From contig PDIP01000101.1 in assembly GCA_002811645.1 (NCBI GenBank), forward strand, positions 1 through 46,786: a stretch of DNA of 46,786 nt, written 5' to 3'. Positions 20,504 through 31,101 of the stretch are shown piece by piece. The position numbers were made by a program, and so were the translations under genes. The notes under the pieces were generated by a model. That model was given only the letters and a program-made list of their open reading frames with translations, made no database searches and had not been told where the DNA came from. Every line of letters starts with the position of its first letter. Position 1 is the stretch's first letter. The DNA is from Corallochytrium limacisporum Hawaii (lineage: Eukaryota > Protista > Pluriformea).

Positions 20504-21964
20504 ATGCCCTCTACCACCAAAAAACAAACTACGGCCACATCTCCACTTCGTGCAACGAAGTCGGAAATGAAGGCTTCCAAGAAGTCTTTGAATGAAACCT
20601 TATACGATGAACTCTTTACTTTTCCGGACTATGGTGCCCTGAGCAGGCAGCTTGAGGACCGCGTGAGCCACTGGTGCCGGGTCGCCGACACCTTCAGCAC
20701 CATGACCCAGGATATCATGAAAATTGAACAGAGCTACGCTGATGGCTATGCCAAGGCTATGAAGCCCCTGGCTACCATGCAAACAGAAAACTTCAGCTTC
20801 ATGCGCAAGGCCTGGGCTCCAATGCAAGGTCAGGTCGAACACACTGCCCAGGGTCGTACCAACTTTGCGCGGGATTTCAATACCGAAATCGTTCACGGCT
20901 TCAAGCTTTTGAGCAAGGAGTTGCACCGCCAGTCCAAGAGTATCCGGGAAGCGGTAGATGAGAAGACTTCGAAAGCAAACAAGTCCAAAATGGTGGCCAT
21001 TGATCTCCTGCAGAAGCATGAGGCCGCATGCGATACGGCTAAGAGTGCCCATGAAAGCTTTGTGCGTAACGTATCCCCGGATCATGACCCATGGCTGACC
21101 CAGAGCCGTTTGGAGAGTCAGATTGAGGAAGTTGTGAAGCGTCAAAAGGAGTTGCACGTTGCGCTTCAGACTTATTTGAAGGAAGTCGAAAAGGTCGACA
21201 ACCATGCTGTCAGTCAACTCAAGATCATTCAGCAGTCTTGGAACGAACTGCTTCGTAAGCACGGTCTCGATGGTGACCAGGATCGAGCCATGTTCCTGCA
21301 GAAAATGAACGAGATTGTCCCGGAAGCCATGTGGAGGGAATGGATCACTGCGGTCAACGTGAACATGACCGAGGACCCCACAGAAAGCCACGTTAAGCGC
21401 CATTACGAGAAATCTGGGGGAAAGTTGAGTAAGATTGAGCACAAAGAGACTCTCATGCGCAAGAGCAGCGTCATGAAGAGCTGGAAACGCTCCATCGGTG
21501 TGGTGACTCCTATGGGCTTTTTGTACATCATGGAGAACAATTACGATGGTACTTCCAAGACCTTCAAGGAACCCCGGTCTTACATCGCTCTGTTCAAGGC
21601 AAGCGTACCGGCTCCCACTGACAAGCAGCGTAATCACGGAATCATGACTGTTATGGAGGATGTCAAGGGTACCTTCCGCAGTAGCACCAAGAGTCATCAC
21701 TTCAAGACCGTCTCCACCCACCACCTGGACAACTGGGTCAAGGCTCTGAATCAACACGCAGCCAAGGCCGATGCCATCGCCTCCACTGAGTCTCTGCATG
21801 ACCTGGAGAACGCCAATGTCGATGATGAAACCGTGGAAACTCCACGTACACCGGCTGAAGATGTAAGAGCTGAGATGGATGAAGGGGAGACCAGCGCAGG
21901 GGAGCACCATAACGGACATATGGAGCGGCCCCCGAGACCTCAGGTGCCACCCACGGCCAACTAG
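20504..21964 (+). CDS. F-BAR/BAR + PH domain protein, Slm1/Slm2-like
   Basis: ORF 20447..21964, first ATG at 20504 (MPSTTKK). Helical N-terminal region with FCH-like KIEQSYADGY. C-terminal PH domain HKETLMRKSSVMKSWKR...VVTPMGFLY...HFKTVS...DNWVKAL. Confidence 0.75.
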   Translation: MPSTTKKQTTATSPLRATKSEMKASKKSLNETLYDELFTFPDYGALSRQLEDRVSHWCRVADTFSTMTQDIMKIEQSYADGYAKAMKPLATMQTENFSFMRKAWAPMQGQVEHTAQGRTNFARDFNTEIVHGFKLLSKELHRQSKSIREAVDEKTSKANKSKMVAIDLLQKHEAACDTAKSAHESFVRNVSPDHDPWLTQSRLESQIEEVVKRQKELHVALQTYLKEVEKVDNHAVSQLKIIQQSWNELLRKHGLDGDQDRAMFLQKMNEIVPEAMWREWITAVNVNMTEDPTESHVKRHYEKSGGKLSKIEHKETLMRKSSVMKSWKRSIGVVTPMGFLYIMENNYDGTSKTFKEPRSYIALFKASVPAPTDKQRNHGIMTVMEDVKGTFRSSTKSHHFKTVSTHHLDNWVKALNQHAAKADAIASTESLHDLENANVDDETVETPRTPAEDVRAEMDEGETSAGEHHNGHMERPPRPQVPPTAN

Positions 21965-22079
21965 TTGTTCGCAACACTGGTAGCATGTAAACAAATAATA
22001 TCTTCAAACTGTACAGGGCCACGATACGTAGGCTACTATGAAATTTGTATTGATTTGGCGACGGAGACCGAAACAAAGC

Positions 22080-23384
22080 TTAATCCGATTCCGGTTGTGC
22101 ATCGGCCGTACAATCTACGGCTGGTTCTGTTTCTCCTGTCTCTGCTGCCTTCTTCTCCTGCCCATTCCTTAAACCATCCAACACCGATACGTCAGGTGCA
22201 TTGTGTTTCCGGGTCGCAAAAGTTAAGTACGCAGTGTGGCCCGGCATGCTTTCAATAAGCTTGCATATGAGGTGCTGCTGAAACTTTACACCGCCAAAGT
22301 CTGTCTGTTTGTTCGCCTCTGTCTTGGGCTTCTTTGCTGGCGGCTCCTCAGTGTCCTCGTCGACTTCTCCATCATTGCTTTTGCCACTATCTTTGCTCAT
22401 GTCTAGTCTTCCTTGCATGCTAGTTGGAATCAACGGCTTCTGCCCTTTCTTTGGTATGGTCTGCAGTGGCCGGCCACTGCGCATGCTGTGTTGGGTGCGC
22501 TTGGTGAGGTACACATCGGGCTGATCCCACGGGCACTCTTCGACTGTCTCGTGCCGTACATCGTATTCCCTGCGCAAACTTTCGATGGTGTTGATATCCT
22601 GGTAGTCTAGAGCCCGCAAAGTCTCACATACAACCATGGCCTGCTCGATGCAAGGTGTGAATGTACAAATGCGCCCTCCTTCCTTAAGGATGGGATGTGC
22701 TTGCTTTACAGCCTTTTCTGGCATGGGCAGATCCAGAAAGACAGCATCTACCTTGCCTTCGCTCTCCACGTTTACATCAAAGCCATCCACAATAACGTCC
22801 CGGTGCACGCAGCGTACCAAAGATTCCGGTAGCTTGTGGTTCCGGAACTCTTGTTGGGCTTTTTCGGCTCGACCCTGGTGAAATTCGTGGGTAATTACCC
22901 GACCAGTCGGTTGGACACTGCGCACCAGCGCGTGAGTCAGGGCCGCTGACCCCGTACCACTTTCGACGACAACTGATCCTGGCTTCAATTCCAGTTCAAA
23001 AATAATCTGTGACCAGTCAGGAGTGTAGACAATCTGTGTACGGTGTGGCACCACGTTGCACCACAGCTCTGGTGTCGGCTTCAGTACCACAACGTGGCCC
23101 TTATTCTTACAGCTGCTCACGATCCGACTGCCCCATTCCTTGCCAACGAACCTCTCATGTGGAAATGTACCATACTTGCATTGATATGATCCTCCTTCCT
23201 TCAGATATAAAGGCACCATGTCGAGTAAACTAAAATATATGATCACACAATCACCGTAGCGAATGCGTTCAGTAGTTTCATCCTTCGGGTCATGATGAAT
23301 GAAAACGGACCCAACCATTTCACTGGATTCGTGTTTTTCAGCAGACGCAGACTGCTGGTCTCCAGTACAATTTGTGTCACCCAT
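22080..23384 (-). CDS. TRM61: tRNA (adenine-58 N1)-methyltransferase catalytic subunit (Gcd14/TRMT61A)
   Basis: KPTPELW...PHRTQIVY, PGSVVVESGTGS, EFHQGR, DAVFLDLP, FTPCIEQ, GHTAYLTFA. Confidence 0.96.
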   Translation of the reverse strand: MGDTNCTGDQQSASAEKHESSEMVGSVFIHHDPKDETTERIRYGDCVIIYFSLLDMVPLYLKEGGSYQCKYGTFPHERFVGKEWGSRIVSSCKNKGHVVVLKPTPELWCNVVPHRTQIVYTPDWSQIIFELELKPGSVVVESGTGSAALTHALVRSVQPTGRVITHEFHQGRAEKAQQEFRNHKLPESLVRCVHRDVIVDGFDVNVESEGKVDAVFLDLPMPEKAVKQAHPILKEGGRICTFTPCIEQAMVVCETLRALDYQDINTIESLRREYDVRHETVEECPWDQPDVYLTKRTQHSMRSGRPLQTIPKKGQKPLIPTSMQGRLDMSKDSGKSNDGEVDEDTEEPPAKKPKTEANKQTDFGGVKFQQHLICKLIESMPGHTAYLTFATRKHNAPDVSVLDGLRNGQEKKAAETGETEPAVDCTADAQPESD

Positions 23385-24286
23385 TGCACATTGTCATATA
23401 ATCAAATCTGCTGTTCCATGCCCAAAACTCTGACCGGCAACCTCTGCGGAAGGATTTTGACTAGGTGTACAGATTTCTCCCTTGAATTCTTCTTCAAAAC
23501 GCACAACTTTGTACAGTATTACTCAAAAATTCAATGTTGTTTTACCTTCCCATTTAAAACAATCTCCTGGAAACTGAGGAAACAGGGATAAACATTCTCT
23601 GTCCGCAAGCGCACTCGGACATCGTTCCGAGGACGGTGGAACAGTCTGCCTGGGAGACCCACCCTTGTTCACTTTCTAGACCACGCACGCGAAGCCGGTT
23701 CTGGGTCCCCGGGGTGGGCGGGGCGTGTGTGTCATAAAATGGACTCCCGTGTCTTATCATCCGACCTGCTGTGGGTTCCGCGAGTTCGCTTTTCGCGCCT
23801 CTGAAGGCAAAGAGTCCCCCTGGTCTCATCAAAGCGTCCATCCCAAGCCCCGCAAACCCTAAACACGTCAGCTCAAAAAGAACTGGGGAGAGCCGTGTCA
23901 GGAACACAACCTTCGCCTCGTCAGCCAGCCAGCGGAGGGTTTGTAGTAAAAGGGGCAGGAGAAACGGGTGCGTCCACCCTCTTCTGAAGGCGGGGAGGGG
24001 GCAGTGGGGGCAAGATCGTCCAGCCGGGAGGGTATGACGTTTTCCTGTTTCTTTGGCCGCATCACCAATGAATCTGAGGTTCGACAGCGGTGAATCGCAA
24101 GGTATTTCGAAGTTCAGTTGTCGTATATATCACGGCCGGTGTAAATTGAAGTGGAAATTCGAATACTACGTTTAATCAAGACATGAACAAGAGATAGACC
24201 AGGAAAAATTCTGTTGCTTCGGGAACGAATGTGAATCTCATTTGGACCCTTTAGTCTGCGAATATTTTATCGTGTGCTGTCTAAAC

Positions 24287-25027
24287 ATGGATTCGAACAT
24301 AGGGGTTTCTACAGCGGATGATCTGGCCTTGATGATGGCTGGTACCGCGATGGATGACCATGAAACGCTGATAAAGCAGTTCATGGAGGTGGTGGCGGGT
24401 CAGTTTGATCGCGCTGCCCAAGTCAGTCCCCAGGAGGCGCAGTTTTTCTTGGAGTCAGCGAACTGGAATCTTCAGAATGCAGTTATTGCCTACTTTGACT
24501 TCGGTGGCGCAGGCGCCATGGCCACAGTGCACAGTACCATGAATCTGCAGAGTCGGGTGATTACAGACATGAACATTGGCATTGGCTCCATGGTGGGACC
24601 GCACAGTCGCGTCCGGCGCCGATGGAAGGTACAAAATAGTGGTACAACTGACTGGCCTCCCGGCTGTCGATTAAAGGGAGTGAATGAAGAGGCAGTAAAA
24701 TTAGTGGAGTCTTCTGACATTGGTATTGTGAGACCGGATGAAGAGGTCGTGGTTACGGCTTCTGTACAATGCCCGGAGCAGCCTGGCCAGTACGCCATCT
24801 CCCTGAGATTATGGGCACCAACGCACGCCGGAATGAATTCACAGCAAATTCCACTCGGATACGGGAGTAGCAGCCATCATGCCAGCGGTAATATCTTTGG
24901 CGAGGAGTTGTGGGCCACGTTGCAGGTGGATGGCACCTTGCCTACCACCAACCAACACAGGCACTTGAGCAATTGGGACGAGGGCGCGGAGGCAGTGGTT
25001 ATGATGGAGAGTATGAACTTTACGTAG
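24287..25027 (+). CDS. ILRUN: ILRUN/C6orf106-like protein (UBA-like + NBR1 FW domain)
   Basis: ORF 24242..25027, first ATG at 24287. UBA-like AQFFLESANWNLQNAVIAYFDF. FW domain D.NIGIG...RRWKVQNSGTTDWPPG...P..PGQY...FGEELW. Confidence 0.88.
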   Translation: MDSNIGVSTADDLALMMAGTAMDDHETLIKQFMEVVAGQFDRAAQVSPQEAQFFLESANWNLQNAVIAYFDFGGAGAMATVHSTMNLQSRVITDMNIGIGSMVGPHSRVRRRWKVQNSGTTDWPPGCRLKGVNEEAVKLVESSDIGIVRPDEEVVVTASVQCPEQPGQYAISLRLWAPTHAGMNSQQIPLGYGSSSHHASGNIFGEELWATLQVDGTLPTTNQHRHLSNWDEGAEAVVMMESMNFT

Positions 25028-25171
25028 GGCCAAGAGAAGAAGAGACTCATTGTCTCCAGTAGCCCGACATCAACGTGTCACATTTGTGTATATGTACTGT
25101 TAGAAACTCATTTTACTGTATGATTTCCTGAACAAATAGTTGTTCTAAACTAGCTAGTTTAAGTTGTTTCT

Positions 25172-28126
25172 TTAAGCATCGTCGTTATTGTTATTTTCAC
25201 CAGGAACACGACCAGATGCACCAGTAATCCGCTGCTCAAGGTGCTTGCGCATCAACAGAGCCGAATACGTGTGATGCACAAACGGTAGGACTTGAATTTC
25301 TGTCAGTCGACGTGACATCAACCCTGGTCCGAGCATCAGAGCAACGGAGCAACGGAAGCTTGTGCTGGTCTTCCCACCGAGTACTGACTGCACGAGGCTG
25401 TCGATCAGTTCGTTGTTATGGCGCTTGACATCCGCGTCCACTTGAGTCTTGGCAGTGGCAGATCCCGGAACATTGCCCTTCATCGCGTCCTTTGCGTTCA
25501 CGCGGGCCCGCTTGACTCCATTGGCTATGGCTGGATTGTTCTCGTCGTTGGCGCCAAGCTCGTCATCAAAGGTTTCCATGCCCAGACGTTTGCGCTCTGG
25601 CGCGTTGCTAGCAACTGACTGGGACGGGATCATAATGTTGGTGTTGTAGCCGCTCTTGACCTGTTCGAGGAGGCTCTGCTTAGGTTGCACCGGCCCATTC
25701 AAAGTGGCGGTGCTGGAGGGATGTACGGGCAACCCAGTGCTAGAGAGCGCATCTTGCTGCTGCAAAAGGTCCCGCCTATGGTTCAGACGGGTGTTCCTAT
25801 TTTTTTGTCCAGCCAAGGACACAGGCACGTTGGTTTTCGTGCGACGTGTGGTTCTCTTCTTGCTGCCAAACTGGGACAGCATAGCATCTACCTGGTTGTT
25901 GCTTGCTTCCCCAGTGAGCATGGCCATTATCGCGTCACCGGGTCTCTTGTTGCTTTCGTCTTCTTCATCATCGCGATGGGCAGCTGCCACAATATCTGCT
26001 ATAGCTTTCTGATTCTGCAGGGTGCTGTCCATCTCCATCCGTTCAGATTCATCGACACTGGCATTGTTGACAAGTATAGACTCATCATCGCGCTTGGATG
26101 GCTTGGATGTGTTCACGCTTCGTGAGTTCACATTCGACGCATTCGCAAAGGGAATGGTGGCAGAACCGTCAACAGTAATGACAAAGTTGGCACCCGTTTC
26201 TTGACCTTCTCCTTCGGGCCCAGACACAGCATCGGCTAGCTGTGCGCCGGAAATATTAGTGCTATTCCCAGCTTCAGGATTCTTAACCGTGGATGACCTT
26301 GGTAGACCCCGTGACTCAGGAGTGTGAATACGCGACGGCAGTCTTGACGATTGCGACTGATTTCCGATGGGGGTGGCGTTCTGCTCCATATGTTGCATGG
26401 TTTCATTGTTGGCATCCGCAAGGGATTTCTGCTTTGCGATTCTCGGACTGGAGCGCACGGGTGTCCTTGCAATTGCCTTCTTTTGTTTCTTCGACGAAGG
26501 GGTAGCCTTTCTCTTCCGGCTTGGCGCCCTTCTATCCGGTGTGACCGGAAGATCTTGCGCTTGCACAGATACATTTTCTGCTGCCTCGGAGATAATCGAA
26601 TTGTCCAGCACATTGTCGACATTAGATAGGTTTTGCTTCACATCAGCCAACGTGTCATTCAGCGCATTGCTGTTCTCAATTTGAGTGCGTTGTGATTGCC
26701 GGTCCGGGACTCCAGCTGCCAAACTGCCGGTGAAGCAGCAGTTCTGGTAGGCCCTGAAATGGAATACAAAATACGCACTGCCGGCCCTACTCTGCCGCAG
26801 CTTGGCCAGCCTCATTGCGGCATCCGGACAATCCAAGATGAGAATACCCCGAAACTCAACTCGCTCTCGCTGGCGCCAAATGGCACCAGTGTGTACAGAT
26901 CCATGATGACATAGAGCACGAAGGATACCACCATCTGGATTAACAGTGCGGTTTCGGTCGTCCTCGATAAGATCTTCGTATGTCACTTTAAGCACCACGT
27001 AATGTGAGATGGCGCCAAATAAGCCCATTACCTCGGACAGATTCTTGATACCCTTCTCCTCGATAAATATTGAGTACATCCAACTCTGTGATGCTATAGT
27101 CTGGTCCTCTCCTTCCACCCTGCGGCTATGTCTAACATAGACAGGAGTGTCCTGAACGACGGTGGCGTCGGGCAAGGTTTTCTCAACCGCAAGGGAGCCG
27201 GTCGCTCCATCAATGGGATCCCCAAGACTGGCCATCACATGGTTCTGGAACTTGCTCACCACCGCCATCTGGAGGTTATGCAGCTGCTTTTCTTTGGCGC
27301 CTTCCTGCACAAAGTACAACTGTGCGAGTGCCAGGCCTCTGGATTGAATTTCTCCCGTGCACAGGTACCGTTCCGGTCGAATGGAGCACTCTTTACGGGC
27401 AGACAGATATTTCAATGCACTTTCTGTGCGTGCCGCCGTGCTATGAGGTACTTCGTGCGGTCTCTCATGACTTGGTGTTACTAATACATCCATATCAGGT
27501 CCGAACTTGGTTGACCGATCAAGAGCAACATCTGGAGGACATGCGGGCTCCTGAGTGTCATTTTCAAAGTTGTCAACTATCACTATTTTGATTCCGAAAT
27601 TTGTGACACATGCTTCAAGTTCCTTGGAGCTTAGAAGACAAACCAGATCTCGTTGTGACTTTTCATCAGCACTGTCGTACACAATCCACATGAGCTCTGG
27701 TGCCCCCTGGTTACGCTTGGACGGAGTCGATGGCCTACCGCCCATTGGCTCCCGCATGCAGGTCACGAGCTCCTCGATAGTAACTCCAATGGCCTGTTTC
27801 GGGTAGAACACCTGCCAATCCATGTTTACCAGATGCAAATCAACGTCTTCCTTCCAGTCCTCCCATCCCAATTGCTGCTGAACGAAGTCATGGTTTCTGG
27901 CGCGGATGTGGTTCAGGACTTTAGCAAGAACCAGTTCACAGCCCGCCGTGCCTACAACCCAGGCGACTCCTTTGGTGTGCTCCTCTGACTTTAAAGGTGG
28001 AGTCGAGGAAGACTCTTTCACATCCAACGAAGCGGAAGTAGCTTCCACAGCTTTTACCGCATTCATTGGCGTTGCTGTCGGCATTGTGCCTTTGGCACTT
28101 ATGGTCTTGGAGCGCCTTCGTGCCAT
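25172..28126 (-). CDS. 984-aa uncharacterised protein; possible degenerate Ras/Rab-like N-terminal domain, possible degenerate kinesin-like segments, long low-complexity region
   Basis: A 2.95-kb uninterrupted ATG-started ORF, so almost certainly coding. The domain calls rest only on weak motif resemblance (see findings). Basic NLS-like SRKRKATPSSKKQKK. Confidence 0.8.
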   Translation of the reverse strand: MARRRSKTISAKGTMPTATPMNAVKAVEATSASLDVKESSSTPPLKSEEHTKGVAWVVGTAGCELVLAKVLNHIRARNHDFVQQQLGWEDWKEDVDLHLVNMDWQVFYPKQAIGVTIEELVTCMREPMGGRPSTPSKRNQGAPELMWIVYDSADEKSQRDLVCLLSSKELEACVTNFGIKIVIVDNFENDTQEPACPPDVALDRSTKFGPDMDVLVTPSHERPHEVPHSTAARTESALKYLSARKECSIRPERYLCTGEIQSRGLALAQLYFVQEGAKEKQLHNLQMAVVSKFQNHVMASLGDPIDGATGSLAVEKTLPDATVVQDTPVYVRHSRRVEGEDQTIASQSWMYSIFIEEKGIKNLSEVMGLFGAISHYVVLKVTYEDLIEDDRNRTVNPDGGILRALCHHGSVHTGAIWRQRERVEFRGILILDCPDAAMRLAKLRQSRAGSAYFVFHFRAYQNCCFTGSLAAGVPDRQSQRTQIENSNALNDTLADVKQNLSNVDNVLDNSIISEAAENVSVQAQDLPVTPDRRAPSRKRKATPSSKKQKKAIARTPVRSSPRIAKQKSLADANNETMQHMEQNATPIGNQSQSSRLPSRIHTPESRGLPRSSTVKNPEAGNSTNISGAQLADAVSGPEGEGQETGANFVITVDGSATIPFANASNVNSRSVNTSKPSKRDDESILVNNASVDESERMEMDSTLQNQKAIADIVAAAHRDDEEDESNKRPGDAIMAMLTGEASNNQVDAMLSQFGSKKRTTRRTKTNVPVSLAGQKNRNTRLNHRRDLLQQQDALSSTGLPVHPSSTATLNGPVQPKQSLLEQVKSGYNTNIMIPSQSVASNAPERKRLGMETFDDELGANDENNPAIANGVKRARVNAKDAMKGNVPGSATAKTQVDADVKRHNNELIDSLVQSVLGGKTSTSFRCSVALMLGPGLMSRRLTEIQVLPFVHHTYSALLMRKHLEQRITGASGRVPGENNNNDDA

Positions 28127-31101
28127 GGTTCCTTAGGATCACGGAGTAAATAGAAATCGCCACAATATGGTAAAAGTATTCACATTATAAAAAGTTCCCG
28201 GTAAAATGCGATTCTTTCTGCCAATCTGTATATTCATCAACTAATGGTGCAGGCTAATGGGGAATTTCCTGTGTTGTATTTTTTTATAGTTTCTAGTCTC
28301 TCATACCTCCACTGTGCGGATGCGATTGATGCCCAAGGAAGAACAAATGAGTATGCTGCATTCTTTTCCCGCTTTTTAGCAGCCTTATTCCTATGTCTCA
28401 CCGCTCATGACATGGTGTCTCTTGGGACAAGATTACACCGCTGAGGCTTTTAAACTGAGGAAACAGAAAGAAAGAAAGAATGAATGAATGAAGGAGACAT
28501 CGAGGTCTCTCTCCCATACATATAATATATATACATATTCCATTTCGCGCCCGGTTTCTGCGGTGCCCGATTGTTCCCCGCGCAAGAGAGAGGGTCTCCG
28601 CCCCGCAAAACTATGCCCCCCCCCCCCCCTCGGCTGTCTCCAAAACTTTCGCGCTCAAATGGAGTGGGAAGCGGGCAGGCTAACAACTCGCAGGGAGCTG
28701 AATGAAGCCGAAGCGCCGGCGGGACGGGGCACCCAGGGGGAGAAAAATCGGACTCTGGGGTTTGCAATAAACACTGAAACCATAATTATTAGTAATTAAA
28801 TTGAATTCCACTCAACAGTAAGGTATTTCAATATACGTAGTCAGGGATTCTCTAAAACCTGCAGTTCTTTTGGCCATGGAGCCATGTGCTTCGCAGTCCA
28901 GAAAAGCTGGGGAGTACCTGCAGTGGAGGAGAGGGGTTCTATTTTATACAAGATCAAGGGCAGCTGGGTTGGCTGATCACAGGGGTCTGATTGGCTGGTT
29001 GGTCTAGTGCGACACTAGACAAATCTCTTTCGCAAAAATGCAGCCTCTGTGGCTACGATTTGGCTTCCCCCCCCCCCCCACTCCCTTTTCTACCTCATGA
29101 GGAGAGAATGCTCCCCTGGTCGAAAGTTGGTTCGCTGAACTGTTAGTCCCAGCGCACCACTGTGCAACAAAACAGTAGGTCGCTCTCGGTTTTGTTGGAC
29201 TGAGAGAGTCTCCGTTCACGAGGGTTGTGTCCTCAAAACGGAGGGCGTGGTGCACATCCCGCTGGTAGAGTGGCAAGTTGTGTACACAGCGCGTTGAATT
29301 GAGCGGGTGTCACAAGGAAATGATCGTAGATCTCCAGGGATGTGTCACTCAGCGGCTTGATTAGCATTTGGTAGTAGCGCCATTTTTTTTTTGGGCCTGT
29401 GTGTTCGAGTAAATTGCCAAACATTTGTGAATGTGGCCTACAAGTGTTCCAAACAGAACCGTGTGTCAGGTCACAAATGGTCCCCAGAACTCGAACTCCC
29501 CCAAATCTCCCCGGGGCAATCGTACATTCTGGGTTGCATTTTTGGTTATAGGTCTCCTGGAGAGCCAATCACACAACGCGGAAATGATTGCGCTCCGTGG
29601 GACGGGAGGTGTGATCATCACCTCCACCTGCCTGCTTTGATCTGTTGTACGTTTGGCAGTACAAACAACAAAGTGTTGTGATTTGAGCATGTACCCATCT
29701 GTGTTGCTGACGTACAAAACTCCTCTGGGAAAGTTTCGACTAAGGCGACCAGCATGCACATTTAGCTTCATGGAAGTAAGAGGAGAGAACGAGTGATTGA
29801 TGTCACTTGGATCCTATCAGGTGCGCTCTTCCGCACCACGTTAAACCCGCATGCACATCCTCCGACTCACAATTACACCTGCCCGTAACATCTATCCTAA
29901 CCCGAACACAACACAGTAAAGGCACCATGTTGTCGATAAATTCTGGGCGGATGCTAGACGTACGCATGATAGCCCACGGACAACCCCAGTCCATATAATT
30001 TGGTGCCTATGGTCACCCTTCCAATTCTTCCCTTTAGAGGCAGGTGCGAAGGTGTCTTTTGGTTAAGCGGTGCTCTCCAACAGAGAACTGTATCACCGAT
30101 ATTCTGAACTTCCCTAAATCTCTGTGTTCTCTTATGTTTTAATGGAAGGGCCCAGCCCAGAACACATGGTATCGCAGGGTCGTGTGATGCCTTACTCTGC
30201 TCCGTCTTGTTGCGCGCTCCAGTGCGGGAATGCCCATCGCTGAGGGTGACAGTGTCCGAGTCCCATTGGCCCTGTGTTACCGAATTCCCCATATGCCCCA
30301 CCGGCCCCCCTCCCCCACACACGCACACACAAGAAATTTTGTCGCTTGTGGCTTTTGGTATTTGCTTGCGTTTGAACAAGCAGCCAGCCACCTGAGGCGT
30401 TCTCTCCCCCAAAATGCTAAACCGCATGCGACCCCCCCTCCCTCCCTCGCCCGACCAAAGGAAGCGTTTCGGTTTGATTCGAAAAGGAGGAGATTACCCG
30501 GCGACACGAAGCCACCGTTGTTCATTTCGGAGGCTCCTGAACAAGCCCCGGGAGTACAAGTGGCTTGTTTTCAGTACATAATAAATAGGCTTTCGCACAC
30601 TGCGAATCGTAACTGTCTCTGTTCTGAATCCCACGGGGCACATCGGAAGCCTCTGCCCCGGTCGGGAGACGTGGCCAGCCGAGTCAGATGACACACTCGG
30701 AGTGCCGCAGATGGGTGCGTTTGAGCGGAGTAGCAGATTCTGCTGCCACAGTCCTCTAACCTACACTATTGAGTTGTCGTTGTTCTACTGCTGGTTGTTT
30801 TCGCGCTGCTTCACAACCCCCTTAAGGGGCATACCAACTCGCGGACTGCAGCGTCGGGGAATTATCGGCAACAACAACGGAAGCGCACTGGCAGTTTGAG
30901 TTCTACATTTTTCGTTGGCGCATGTGCCAAGCGATGGCTCCCGGACACTCGGAAGTCCGAAGTTTGCAAGCATCCCTAACACACAGGTACTTGATTAGGT
31001 GCACCGGATGATTCACACGATCAGATCCCTATTCCAATACTCTACGAGTTCAAAAGTGTATTGACACTTAAATTAAACAGTTTGGTTCAAACGAAACAAA
31101 C

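Noticed and set aside
31006-31018. ATGATTCAC upstream of PHGDH as a Gcn4/ATF4-type site
   Set aside because: A single mismatched copy, not distinguishable from chance.
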